Assembly: GCA_963749495.1 (NCBI GenBank) | Contig: CAVVMW010000023.1 | Span: 544,001 to 608,000 of the forward strand | Source: an uncultured bacterium | Lineage (GTDB): Bacteria > Verrucomicrobiota > Verrucomicrobiia > Limisphaerales > UBA8199 | Length of the DNA stretch: 64,000 nucleotides | Direction: 5' to 3' | Part shown: one piece after another, positions 19,262-27,987 of the stretch | Layout of the letters: each line of letters opens with the position of its first letter | Numbering within the stretch: position 1 is the stretch's first letter | The notes under the pieces: model-generated | The model's input: only the letters and a program-made list of their open reading frames with translations | What the model was told of the DNA's origin: nothing | Database searches by the model: none | Position numbers and translations under genes: made by a program

Positions 19262-19522
19262 GGAGCGTAGATGGCGCCATTAAGGCCGGGATGGCGCAGC
19301 GTGTCAATAGGGAAGGGACCCCCCCAGGAACCGACCCCAAGCCCGAAGGTTTTGGACTGCCGCAGTCCAAAACGCTTCGCGGGACGGGGACACACGTTCG
19401 AGCTTCAGGGGCGTGAAGCGCGAATTCGTTCGGTGAATTCTTTCACGTTTCACGTTTCACGTTCGTTTTTCCTGTTACATTCCGCCCCTTCCTGGAACAG
19501 AGTAGGTGAGTGCAGCGCGTAG

Positions 19523-20053
19523 ATGGACCGACAACAAGAATTGATGGCTGAGTTTGTGGCGGGGCGCCACAGCTTGTTCGCCTTTATCCAGGGCTTCGTT
19601 CGCAACCCGCACGACAGCGAGGACATTTTCCAGGAGGTCTGGGTGCGTTTCTCGCGGGCCCTGGCGGAGGGGGTCGAGATTCAGGACCAGGCCAAGTGGT
19701 GCCGGGGCGCGGCCCGCAACCTCATGCTGCACTATTGGCGGGACCGGCGAAAGGAGGCCCTGCCGGCCGACGAGCAGTTGCTGGACCTAGCCGACCTGGC
19801 CTTCGCCGAGCAGGCGGCCAACCAGGACTACTGGCGCGCCCGGCAGGAGGCCCTCGCCGAGTGCATCCAGGAGTTGCCCCAGCGCGGGCAGAACCTGTTG
19901 CGCCTCAAGTATGAACAGGGCCTGCCCGCCGGCGAAGTCGCCGGGCGTCTCCGCCAAACCACCGCCGCCGTGCTCATGGCCCTCTCGCGCCTGCGCAGGG
20001 CACTGCGGGAGTGCGCCCAGAGGAAGCTGCGGCTCCAGGGGCTGGGGACGTGA
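19523..20053 (+). CDS. ECF sigma-70 factor (Planctomycete/Verrucomicrobia type)
   Basis: HDSEDIFQEVW region 2; LAECIQELP...LKYEQGL..EVAGRL...ALSRLRRALRECA region 4. Confidence 0.9.
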   Translation: MDRQQELMAEFVAGRHSLFAFIQGFVRNPHDSEDIFQEVWVRFSRALAEGVEIQDQAKWCRGAARNLMLHYWRDRRKEALPADEQLLDLADLAFAEQAANQDYWRARQEALAECIQELPQRGQNLLRLKYEQGLPAGEVAGRLRQTTAAVLMALSRLRRALRECAQRKLRLQGLGT

Positions 20054-20110
20054 AACGTGAAACGTGAAACGTGAAATGCGAACCGTGAAACGTGAAACGT
20101 GAAACGTGAA
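20050..20110. repeat. GTGAAAC heptamer array; complementary TTTCACG arrays at 19441-19462 and 20435-20461
   Basis: Read directly. Confidence 0.9.
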
Positions 20111-20116
20111 TTTACG

Positions 20117-21736
20117 ATGAACCGTCTGGAACACCTCCTTGCCCGATGGGAGGGGGGGACGCTCTCGGCCGTCGAGGCGGGGGAGCTCAAGCAACTGCTG
20201 GCCCAGCCCGGGGCGCGCGCCCAACTGGTGGACAATTGGCTGCTCGATGAAACGATTTACCATACCCTCCGCTCGCAGTTGGCCCAAGCGCCGGCGGCAG
20301 AGGCGGCGGCAGAGCAGCCTGCCCAGGTCCCGCCGGAGGCGCAAGCCCTGGGACATCGATCCACCAATCCACTAATCCGCCAATCCACTCCTCCGGCCCC
20401 GCTGCAGGCCCCGGACAGGCTGCTCCGCCGCGGTTCACGTTTCACGTTTCACGTTTCACGCAACCCCGCGCAGGCGCGAGGCCTGGAACACCAATCCATC
20501 AATCCATTAATCCGACAATCCACTCCCCAGGCCGCCAGCGGGGCGCCAAGCCTGGCCTGGCTCTTCCAGCGGCGGCAGCGGCGCTTCCGGTGGGTGGTGT
20601 GGCACGAGGTGCAGATTCCGCTGGGCTGGTCGCTGGGCGTTGCGGCGGCGGCCGTCCTCATCCTGGTGGGGCTCCATTCCTACTTCCAGCACAGTGCGGC
20701 AGGCGGACTCACGGACCTGCGCGGGGCAGTGACCGTCGAGCACGGCGGAGCCCGGCAGCCCGCTGTGCCCGGACGGCTGCTTCGCCCGGGCGACATCCTC
20801 CGCGTGCCCGCGGGCGGGGCGGCGAGCCTGGCCTGGGCCGGCGAAGCGACCCGCCTCGACTTGGCCGGGGGCGCGGAACTGCGGCTCTTCAACCCGATGT
20901 GGGGCAAACGGCTTTCGCTGGATACCGGCGCAATCGAGGCCTCCGTCGCCTCTCAACCCCGCTGGCGTCCCATGATTATCTCCACGCCGCAGGCCGAGGC
21001 AAAGGTCGTCGGCACCCGCTTCTCTCTCTCGGCGTTGGGGGCGGCAACGCGGCTCGACGTGCTGGAAGGGGCCGTCCGGCTGCGCAAGACCCACGCGGCC
21101 TCGAAGGACGAGCCGCGGGACGTGATTGTGCGCCCCGGCCAGACCGCCACTGCCGCCCCGGAGGTCCGGCTCCAGGCGCGGCTCCTTACCGGCTTCCTCT
21201 CCAGCCAGGTCTGGCTGGTGCCGCCCGGCACCGCGCTGGAGGATGCCCCCGCGTTGGGCACGCCCTCGACCCAGCTCGCCGCGGCCGCCGCCCCCAATGC
21301 CGTCGAGTGCCTCCGGGGCCTGCTCACCGCTCCTGCCACCGGCGATTACACCTTCTGGATTGCCTCTAAAGATGGCGAGACCCCCGCCCAACTCTGGCTC
21401 GGCACCGATGACCAGCCCACGCATAAGCGGAAGATCGCCTCGGTGACGCCGCCCGCCCAGGGCCCGCAGGCCGTGGGAGGGCGCGCCGCCGGCCCGGCCC
21501 GCCGCAGGGGCGCCCCCGCCGCCGCCCTCGAGGCAGATTTTAACCGGTTCCCCAGCCAAAAATCCGACCCCCAACGGCTGGTCCAGGGTCGGCGCTACTA
21601 CCTCGAATTGCGGCGCCAAGGCACCGGTCTGGAATCCCTCGACCTGGGTTGGAGCGTTCCAGGCCAGCCTGCCCGCCAGGAGATCGATAAGCAGGCCCTT
21701 TCCCCATTTTTTGACACAAGTGAGGTGAGCAAATGA
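20117..21736 (+). CDS. FecR-domain anti-sigma factor with TM segment and PA14-like domain
   Basis: TM LGVAAAAVLILVGL; FecR TPQAEAKVVGTRFSL...LDVLEGAV; PA14-like RGLLTAPATGDYTFWIAS...QKS...LVQGRRYYLE. Confidence 0.85.
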   Translation: MNRLEHLLARWEGGTLSAVEAGELKQLLAQPGARAQLVDNWLLDETIYHTLRSQLAQAPAAEAAAEQPAQVPPEAQALGHRSTNPLIRQSTPPAPLQAPDRLLRRGSRFTFHVSRNPAQARGLEHQSINPLIRQSTPQAASGAPSLAWLFQRRQRRFRWVVWHEVQIPLGWSLGVAAAAVLILVGLHSYFQHSAAGGLTDLRGAVTVEHGGARQPAVPGRLLRPGDILRVPAGGAASLAWAGEATRLDLAGGAELRLFNPMWGKRLSLDTGAIEASVASQPRWRPMIISTPQAEAKVVGTRFSLSALGAATRLDVLEGAVRLRKTHAASKDEPRDVIVRPGQTATAAPEVRLQARLLTGFLSSQVWLVPPGTALEDAPALGTPSTQLAAAAAPNAVECLRGLLTAPATGDYTFWIASKDGETPAQLWLGTDDQPTHKRKIASVTPPAQGPQAVGGRAAGPARRRGAPAAALEADFNRFPSQKSDPQRLVQGRRYYLELRRQGTGLESLDLGWSVPGQPARQEIDKQALSPFFDTSEVSK

Positions 21737-22725
21737 TCACAGACGTTACTCTATTCCGGCCTGGGGAGGCCCGCGCAATGCCGCGAGCCGGCCACCGGGA
21801 GACCCTTGAATCCACCCGCTTCGCCCTGCCGGCGGCGGCGGCTAAAGAATCTCCGCGTCTCCGCGTCTCCGCGTCTCCGCGTCTCTCTGAAAAGGAGGGC
21901 GACTTCGTGCTGCGGCTCTACCTGCGCGACCTCTCGGCGGACTCGGAAGCGCGGCCGGTTGAGGCCCCCGCGGCGCGGCGCCCCCGGCGCCTCAACAAGT
22001 CGGGGCGCCGTCAGCTCGTGCTCGGCCACCTGCCCAAGGTGGTCCACATCGCCTTCGATTACCAGGGCTTCGGGCTGCCGATGAGCGACCTCATCAACGA
22101 GGGCAACATCGGCCTCATGCGGGCTGCCGAGTTGTTCGACCCGCTCCGCAACGTCACGTTCGCCTACTATGCCAGGCCGTGGATTCGCGTGCAGATGCAG
22201 CGCGCCATCAGCTACCAGGCCTGGCCCGTGAGCCTGCCGGCCGATTTCTCGTGGCGCCATGGCCAGGTCCACACTGCCCAACAGCGCTTGGCCGCCAAAC
22301 TCAATCGCCAGCCCGGGGATTCCGAACTGGCCGATGAGTGCGGCTTGGAGATGCCCGCCGTGCGGCGTCTCCGCTCGACCCCGCCGCCCTCCTTCGTCCC
22401 GCTCGACAGCCCGTGGCCCGGGAGTGAAACCGACCTGACGCTGGCCGAGGTGCTCCCCAATCAGACCGCCCCCACGCCGGACCGGGCGGCCGCCCTCCAG
22501 AGCGACCGGGAATTCATCGAGCGCCTCATTGCCATCCTCAGCCCGGCCGAGCAAACGGTCATCCGCCTCCGGTTCGGTTTGGATGACGCCTGCGAGCGCA
22601 CCCTCGAGGAAACCGGCCGGCTCCTGGGCTACGGCCGGCAGGGAATCCACCGCATCCAGTCCGTGGCCCTGTCCAAACTCCGCCAGCACGCCCGGTTCCT
22701 GCACAAAAGGGGCCAGCCATTTTAG
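21733..22725 (+). CDS. RpoD/RpoS-like sigma-70 factor, divergent
   Basis: LRLYLRDL (1.2), DLINEGNIGLMRAAELFDP (2), VIRLRFGL...TLEETGRLLG (4); ATGA overlap with the fecR-like gene. Confidence 0.85.
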   Translation: MITDVTLFRPGEARAMPRAGHRETLESTRFALPAAAAKESPRLRVSASPRLSEKEGDFVLRLYLRDLSADSEARPVEAPAARRPRRLNKSGRRQLVLGHLPKVVHIAFDYQGFGLPMSDLINEGNIGLMRAAELFDPLRNVTFAYYARPWIRVQMQRAISYQAWPVSLPADFSWRHGQVHTAQQRLAAKLNRQPGDSELADECGLEMPAVRRLRSTPPPSFVPLDSPWPGSETDLTLAEVLPNQTAPTPDRAAALQSDREFIERLIAILSPAEQTVIRLRFGLDDACERTLEETGRLLGYGRQGIHRIQSVALSKLRQHARFLHKRGQPF

Positions 22726-22826
22726 AGCGAATGCCGTCCCTTCGGGACTGGACCGTTTTGGGGCGCGCCAACCCAATGCGTTGAACCGTTGGGCTGTTGT
22801 CGGACGTCCCTTTGCGACAATCGTTA

Positions 22827-23177
22827 GAGCGTCTCCGAAAAACTCGCCGGAATGAAAACTTTGTCGCAGCCTTTGTCGAAACCTTCAGACCTCACTAAAT
22901 CGGCCGGTTTCCCTCTTGGAGAACACCAAAACCAATTCCAACAACAATCGCAGGAGGTCTCCCCACTTTTGGGGAATCCCCCTTGAGTTGCAACGACTTA
23001 CGCACTGGACACGGGAGATGCCTTGCGATTGTCCGGGGAAACCGGTTTGGGGTTCTCAGGACGGTAACGTGCCGGTTTTACTGAGGTCTGAACCTTTGTC
23101 GGATTCTCCATTTATCAACAAAGGCTGCGACAAAGGCCGCGACAAAGATTCGCAATCGGAGTTTTTCGGACACGCCC
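22827..23177. mobile_element. MITE with 19-bp TIRs and TTA target duplication (right TTA = nuoI stop codon)
   Basis: TTA|GAGCGTCTCCGAAAAACTC ... GAGTTTTTCGGACACGCCC|TTA. Confidence 0.7.
22886..23090. mobile_element. 205-bp MITE with ~80-bp imperfect TIRs and 6-bp TSD
   Basis: AACCTT|CAGACCTCACTAAA ... TTTTACTGAGGTCTG|AACCTT. Confidence 0.8.
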
Positions 23178-23783
23178 TTAGCCGGTGGGCCCAGAACCCG
23201 TGCCGGGCAGGGCGGTTGCCTTTGCCTTGAGTTCCGCCTCGGTTTTGGCTTTGGCCTGGGCTTTGGCCTTCTCGGCGGCCAGGCGCGCGTCAACCTCGCC
23301 CGCTTCCCCGGGATGGATCTTGCGGTAGTGCTCGTTCGGTTTGGCCAGTTGCTCCTTGTGCAGGAGCAACCGGCCGAAGCGGTCGGCGGTGCTCAGTTCG
23401 TAGGCCACGTCCATCTTGATGGCGTCAAAGGGGCAGACCTCCACGCAAATCTGGCAGCTCATGCAGACCGAGATGTCCAGGTCGAAGACCTTGGGTTGGA
23501 ACTGGAGTTTGCCGGCGTAATCGGGTTTCTTGACGGTGTCTTTGACGATGTAAATGCACTGGGGCGGGCATTCCTTCTCGCAGATCTGGCAGGCCACGCA
23601 ACGCAGCCCCGGCTGCGGGTCCTGGCCGTCATAGACCAGGAATGGGAAATTGCGGGCGGCCTCCTGTTGGGGCAGCCGCTCTTCCGGGTACTGCACCGTG
23701 ACCAGCCGCTCGTCCCTGGCGTAGCTGCCCAGGAAGTTCCTGGCCGTCTCGACCATGCCCTTGATGATGCCTTCTCCTAACAC
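23178..23783 (-). CDS. nuoI: NADH-quinone oxidoreductase subunit I
   Basis: VTVQYPEE; CVACQICEKECP and CMSCQICVEVCP 4Fe-4S motifs. Confidence 0.9.
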   Translation of the reverse strand: MLGEGIIKGMVETARNFLGSYARDERLVTVQYPEERLPQQEAARNFPFLVYDGQDPQPGLRCVACQICEKECPPQCIYIVKDTVKKPDYAGKLQFQPKVFDLDISVCMSCQICVEVCPFDAIKMDVAYELSTADRFGRLLLHKEQLAKPNEHYRKIHPGEAGEVDARLAAEKAKAQAKAKTEAELKAKATALPGTGSGPTG

Positions 23784-23796
23784 GCTTACTCAGGAG

Positions 23797-23932
23797 TCAT
23801 TCGCCATTCGTCATTCCGCATTCCGCATTCGGTCCATTCGTCATTCGTCATTCGTCATTCGTCATTGCTCATTCCGCACTCCGCATTCCGCATTCCGCAT
23901 TCGGCGGCACTCCGCATTCCGCATTCCGCACT
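23797..23932. repeat. Mixed CATTCGT / CATTCCG heptamer array between nuoD and nuoI
   Basis: Read directly. Confidence 0.9.
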
Positions 23933-25108
23933 CTATCTATCCACCTCTCCCATCACAATGTCCACGCTGCCAAGGATGACGACCACGTCGGCCACGAGGT
24001 GGCCTCGGCACAGGTCTTCGAGGATGGTCAGATTGATGAAGCTGGGGGGGCGGACGCGGTAACGATACGGGTTGGGGGAGCCGTCGCTGATGAGGTAGAA
24101 GCCCAACTCGCCCTTGGGGGCCTCGATGCGGGCGCAGGCCTCGCCCGGTTTTGGGCGGAAGCCGCGCAGCTTGGCCTTGGGGTCAATGACGGGACCCTCG
24201 GGCAGGTCGCGCAGGGCCTGGCGGAGGATGCGGACCGACTCGCGCATCTCCAGCACGCGCACCATGTAGCGGTCATAGACATCGCCATGGCCGCCCAGGG
24301 GCACCCGGAACTCGAAGCGGTCATAAATGCCGTAATGGTCCACCTTGCGGATGTCGTAATTGACGCCGCAGGCGCGCAGCATGGGGCCGGTGACGCCGGC
24401 ATTGACCGCCAGGTCGCGCGGCAGGACGCCCACTCCCTGCGTGCGGGACATGAGGATCTCGTTCTCGCTGAGCAAGCTCTCGAACTCGTCCAGGAAGCGG
24501 GGGAATTCGTCCGCCAATTTCTGCGCCTGTTCGGCCCAGCCGGGCGGCAGGTCGCACCGGCAGCCGCCGAACCGCATGTAGTTGCACATCATCCGCGCCC
24601 CGGTGAGCGATTCGAACAGGTCGAGTATCTTCTCCCGCTCGCGAAAGGCGTACATGAGCGGCGTCCCCGAGGCGCCCATGTCCTGGAGCAGGAAGCCTCC
24701 CAGGCAGGCATGGTTCTGCAGGCGCGTCAACTCGGCGGTGATCACGCGGAGGTACTCCGCGCGTTCGGGCACCGGGAGGCCCGCCAGCCTCTCGACCGCC
24801 AGCGCGTAGGCCCAGTTGTTGGTCAGCGAACAGAAGTAATCCAGGCGGTCGGTGTAGGGCATCGAGCCCAGGTAGGTCGTGTTCTCCCCAATCTTCTCAT
24901 GATTGCGATGCAGGTAACCGAAGACGGGCTTGAGCTGGACCACGCGCTCGCCGTCCAGGACAACGTCCATCCGGAAGACCCCGTGCGTGGAGGGATGCTG
25001 CGGCCCCATCGAGACCTCCAGCAGGCCGCCATCCAAGGCCGAGCCGTCCGGGGCGGTCTTGGGGGTGAGCCGGAAGGGTGGAGGCCCTTCGGTCTGGTTT
25101 AAAGTCAT
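23933..25108 (-). CDS. nuoD: NADH-quinone oxidoreductase subunit D
   Basis: [47 protein letters not shown]. Confidence 0.95.
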   Translation of the reverse strand: MTLNQTEGPPPFRLTPKTAPDGSALDGGLLEVSMGPQHPSTHGVFRMDVVLDGERVVQLKPVFGYLHRNHEKIGENTTYLGSMPYTDRLDYFCSLTNNWAYALAVERLAGLPVPERAEYLRVITAELTRLQNHACLGGFLLQDMGASGTPLMYAFREREKILDLFESLTGARMMCNYMRFGGCRCDLPPGWAEQAQKLADEFPRFLDEFESLLSENEILMSRTQGVGVLPRDLAVNAGVTGPMLRACGVNYDIRKVDHYGIYDRFEFRVPLGGHGDVYDRYMVRVLEMRESVRILRQALRDLPEGPVIDPKAKLRGFRPKPGEACARIEAPKGELGFYLISDGSPNPYRYRVRPPSFINLTILEDLCRGHLVADVVVILGSVDIVMGEVDR

Positions 25109-25320
25109 GCAGTCTCTTTGATGTGCAGCGAGCTGATCAGCGGCACGTCAATAATGGCCGTCCCCCCTGAATCCAAGTGAACGAACAGAACCCGCCCGTT
25201 GGGATGCATGTGGGCGTGCTCGCCAGTCGGCACTTCATATTCGCCGTCCCCTGCGACTTTGACGCGGAACGGGCGAAACGGTTCCTCTTCCAGCCTTCGT
25301 TTGAGTTCTTCTTTGTTCAT
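25105..25320 (-). CDS. Small hypothetical protein between nuoC and nuoD
   Basis: [35 protein letters not shown] overlap with nuoD; resembles PVC small 'PFxPF' proteins. Confidence 0.7.
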   Translation of the reverse strand: MNKEELKRRLEEEPFRPFRVKVAGDGEYEVPTGEHAHMHPNGRVLFVHLDSGGTAIIDVPLISSLHIKETA

Positions 25321-25442
25321 GGCAGTTTGGTTTGGGCGGTTCGTCTTCCGGCCCAGCGTATCAAGTTTCCTGGTAAATGCCATCTGTGCAATGCCTTGGC
25401 CTTGTCCCTCCGGGACAACACGCGACGGCGCCGGCCCCGTTC

Positions 25443-26111
25443 TCAATGCGGTTCAACATCGTCCAACTCCCTGCTCTGGGCAGCACTGTGCTGCGCGGCG
25501 TGCAGCTTGGCCCTTTCCAGCACCTCGTCGTGCGCGGTCGGCTCATACTCGTAGTCGTCCGGCTCGACGTAGTCCTTGCGCATCGGGAAGTCCTTGAAGC
25601 CGTCCCACATCAGGATGCGGCGCAGGTCCGGGTGGCCCTCGAACACCACGCCAAACAGGTCGAAGACCTCGCGCTCCTGGAACTCGGCCGCGCGCCAAAC
25701 CGGGGTCAGCGAGGGCACGCGGGCCTGGTCCGCGCGGTCGGCGGTGCGCAGGCGCAGAATCACCGGGCCCTGTTTGCACTCCATCGAGTAAAGATGATAG
25801 ACCACCTCCAGGTATCCGGGTATCTTCCGCTCGGTGGTCTCCTCAATTTCCCGCTCCATCCCGTCAATGATGCGCTTGACCTTGCGTTTCTCCCGCACCA
25901 ATGAATCGGGCCAGTCCACTCCCGTGACATTCGAGGCATAGTCCAGCCGCAGCGAAGGGTCCTCCCGCAAGAAGCTCGCCACAGCCCTGGCGTGCCCGCT
26001 ATCCACCAGGAGCGAATGCTGGGCCGAGGGGCTGCCGTTGGGAACGATCTCCAAACGCGCCCCCGGCACCGCCGTCTCGATCCGGCTCTTGATCTGATTC
26101 AGGTCCACCAT
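25443..26111 (-). CDS. nuoC: NADH-quinone oxidoreductase subunit C
   Basis: VTGVDW, LEVVYHLYS, EREVFDLFGVVFEGHPDLRRIL...FPMRKDY; start MVDLNQ. Confidence 0.93.
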   Translation of the reverse strand: MVDLNQIKSRIETAVPGARLEIVPNGSPSAQHSLLVDSGHARAVASFLREDPSLRLDYASNVTGVDWPDSLVREKRKVKRIIDGMEREIEETTERKIPGYLEVVYHLYSMECKQGPVILRLRTADRADQARVPSLTPVWRAAEFQEREVFDLFGVVFEGHPDLRRILMWDGFKDFPMRKDYVEPDDYEYEPTAHDEVLERAKLHAAQHSAAQSRELDDVEPH

Positions 26112-26119
26112 GCCACGCT

Positions 26120-26733
26120 TTATTTGCTCTCCACTCCCGGCGGTTTCCACACCTGCGGGTTGCTGGGCGGAGTCAGATCGTGGTCCCCGTGCTCGGGAAC
26201 CGGGAATTCGCTCGGGCCCCTGCCACCAGGTGCCGGGGACGCTCCGGGCCGGTGAGGGCCTGGCGCTGGATCTTCTCCTGGAGCGTGATGAGGGCGTGGA
26301 GCAGCGCCTCGGGCCGCGGCGGGCAGCCGGGAATATGGACGTCCACCGGTATATAGCGGTCGATCCCCTTGAGGACGTTATAGCCCTGTTTGAACGGCCC
26401 GCCGGAGATGGCGCACGCGCCCATGGCGATGACGTACTTGGGTTCGGGCATTTGGTTGTAAAGCCGCACCACCTGCGGGGCCATTTTCTTTGTGACCGTG
26501 CCGGCCACAATCATCAGGTCGGCCTGGCGCGGCGAGGGGCGAAACACCTCGGCGCCGAACCGGGCGATGTCCCACCGGGCCATCGAGGCCGCTATCATTT
26601 CGATCGCGCAACAGGCCAGGCCAAAACCCAGCGGCCAGACCGAGTTCTTGCGCCCCCAATTATAGAGCTCCTGGAGGCTCGTCGTGAAAATCCCCTGCCG
26701 GCTCAGTTCGTTGCGCAGTGCTTCATCGATCAT
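26120..26733 (-). CDS. nuoB: NADH-quinone oxidoreductase subunit B; probable 1-nt deletion near 26216 in the C-terminal tail
   Basis: [38 protein letters not shown]; alternative frame [14 protein letters not shown]...ESK* ends at 26120. Confidence 0.93.
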
Positions 26734-26736
26734 CGC

Positions 26737-27114
26737 CTAGCTCCATGTGAGCACGCCTTTCTGCCAGGCCCAGGCCAGACCCTCGGCCAGCAGCAGCAGA
26801 AAGACCATCATCGCCACGAACGCCCCGGCCGGCAGCCCGGTGAACGAGACCGCAAACGGCAACACGAAAACGGCCTCCACGTCGAACACCAGGAACAGGA
26901 TGCCGTAGAGGTAATACTCCGACCTGAACTGCACCCAGGCGTCGCCCTTGGATTGGAGGCCGCACTCATAAATCGCGTTCTTCTCCCGACCAGGCTTCGC
27001 CGGCGAGAACTTTCTGGCCCAAAACCACGACACGCCCAGCGGGACCAGGCCGAAACCGAGGGCGGCGCCCAGGAGCAGAAGCAATGTTAAATAAGGGCTG
27101 CCTTCAACAAACAT
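26737..27114 (-). CDS. nuoA: NADH-quinone oxidoreductase subunit A
   Basis: KNAIYECG, YYLYGILFLVFDVEAVF, WQKGVLTW. Confidence 0.95.
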   Translation of the reverse strand: MFVEGSPYLTLLLLLGAALGFGLVPLGVSWFWARKFSPAKPGREKNAIYECGLQSKGDAWVQFRSEYYLYGILFLVFDVEAVFVLPFAVSFTGLPAGAFVAMMVFLLLLAEGLAWAWQKGVLTWS

Positions 27115-27355
27115 AACCTGATTCGACTTCCAATCTCATGAGGCACCCTACGGTGGGAACACCACCCCGTCAAGGACCGCGCCGCCGCGGCCATGGCAGT
27201 ATGGCGCAATCCCGAACGAGCCGGCTGGAACTTCAAAACGAGCGAAACCGAGAGGAGTGTGGTGGAGTCATCGATGGCGAAATCGCGCTCAGGAGATTCT
27301 CTTCATGGTCTTGCCATAAATGATTTTGCTCATTCCCAAAAACCTAATGGTTCTG

Positions 27356-27647
27356 TCACGCCGGCGGGGGCGAGTCCTCTTTTTTCGGGGGCGGGCGGTG
27401 CAGGCCGACGGAACGGGCGAGGTCGTCGAACTCCTCGCGGCTGACCTCCTCGAGCAGCTTGCCCCTGGCGGCGAGCCTTTCGTTGATCTTGATTACTTTC
27501 TCGGTCATGACCTCGTGGGTCTCCTGGGACCCGCCGAGCAGGACAAAATTGGAACCGGTCGTCAATCGCTTGTGCCCGTCAGAATCGAGGCCGAGGCCCG
27601 AACATCAGGGTCTTGCGCGGCCGTTTCTTCTTGCTGGCATTGGCCAT
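27356..27647 (-). CDS. Small hypothetical protein; frameshift near 27598
   Basis: MANASKKKRPRKTLMF / GLGLDSDGHKRLTTGSNFVLLGGSQETHE joined by removing one G. Confidence 0.6.
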
Positions 27648-27742
27648 ACGCCAAGGCTAAGGCCAACCCGGCGGGCCGTCAACACGAGAAGCTGGGCCAT
27701 GGTAACCGGTTCAATGAAGGCGGAGACGGAGTGCCGGGCAGA

Positions 27743-27886
27743 CCCCTCACCCCGGCCCTCTCCCCTTCCAGGGGAGAGGGAGAGGCGTCGGCAGTCTCGG
27801 GAGCTCTCAGGCGTCTGCGCTTCCTCAAAGCGCCACAGGAAACTCTCCCTCTCCCCTTCCGAAGGGGAGAGGGCCGGGGTGAGGGG
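27743..27886. repeat. REP-like palindrome CCCCTCACCCCGGCCCTCTCCCC...GGGAGAGGGCCGGGGTGAGGGG
   Basis: Inverted repeat pair with internal hairpins. Confidence 0.9.
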
Positions 27887-27987
27887 TCTGCCCCGTGACG
27901 CTCCCACCTTCTGGGGCCTTACGGGGGCCCTCAATTTCGCCTGACAAGGCGGGGGCGGGCTGGTAGATGTTGCGCAACAAAACAATT

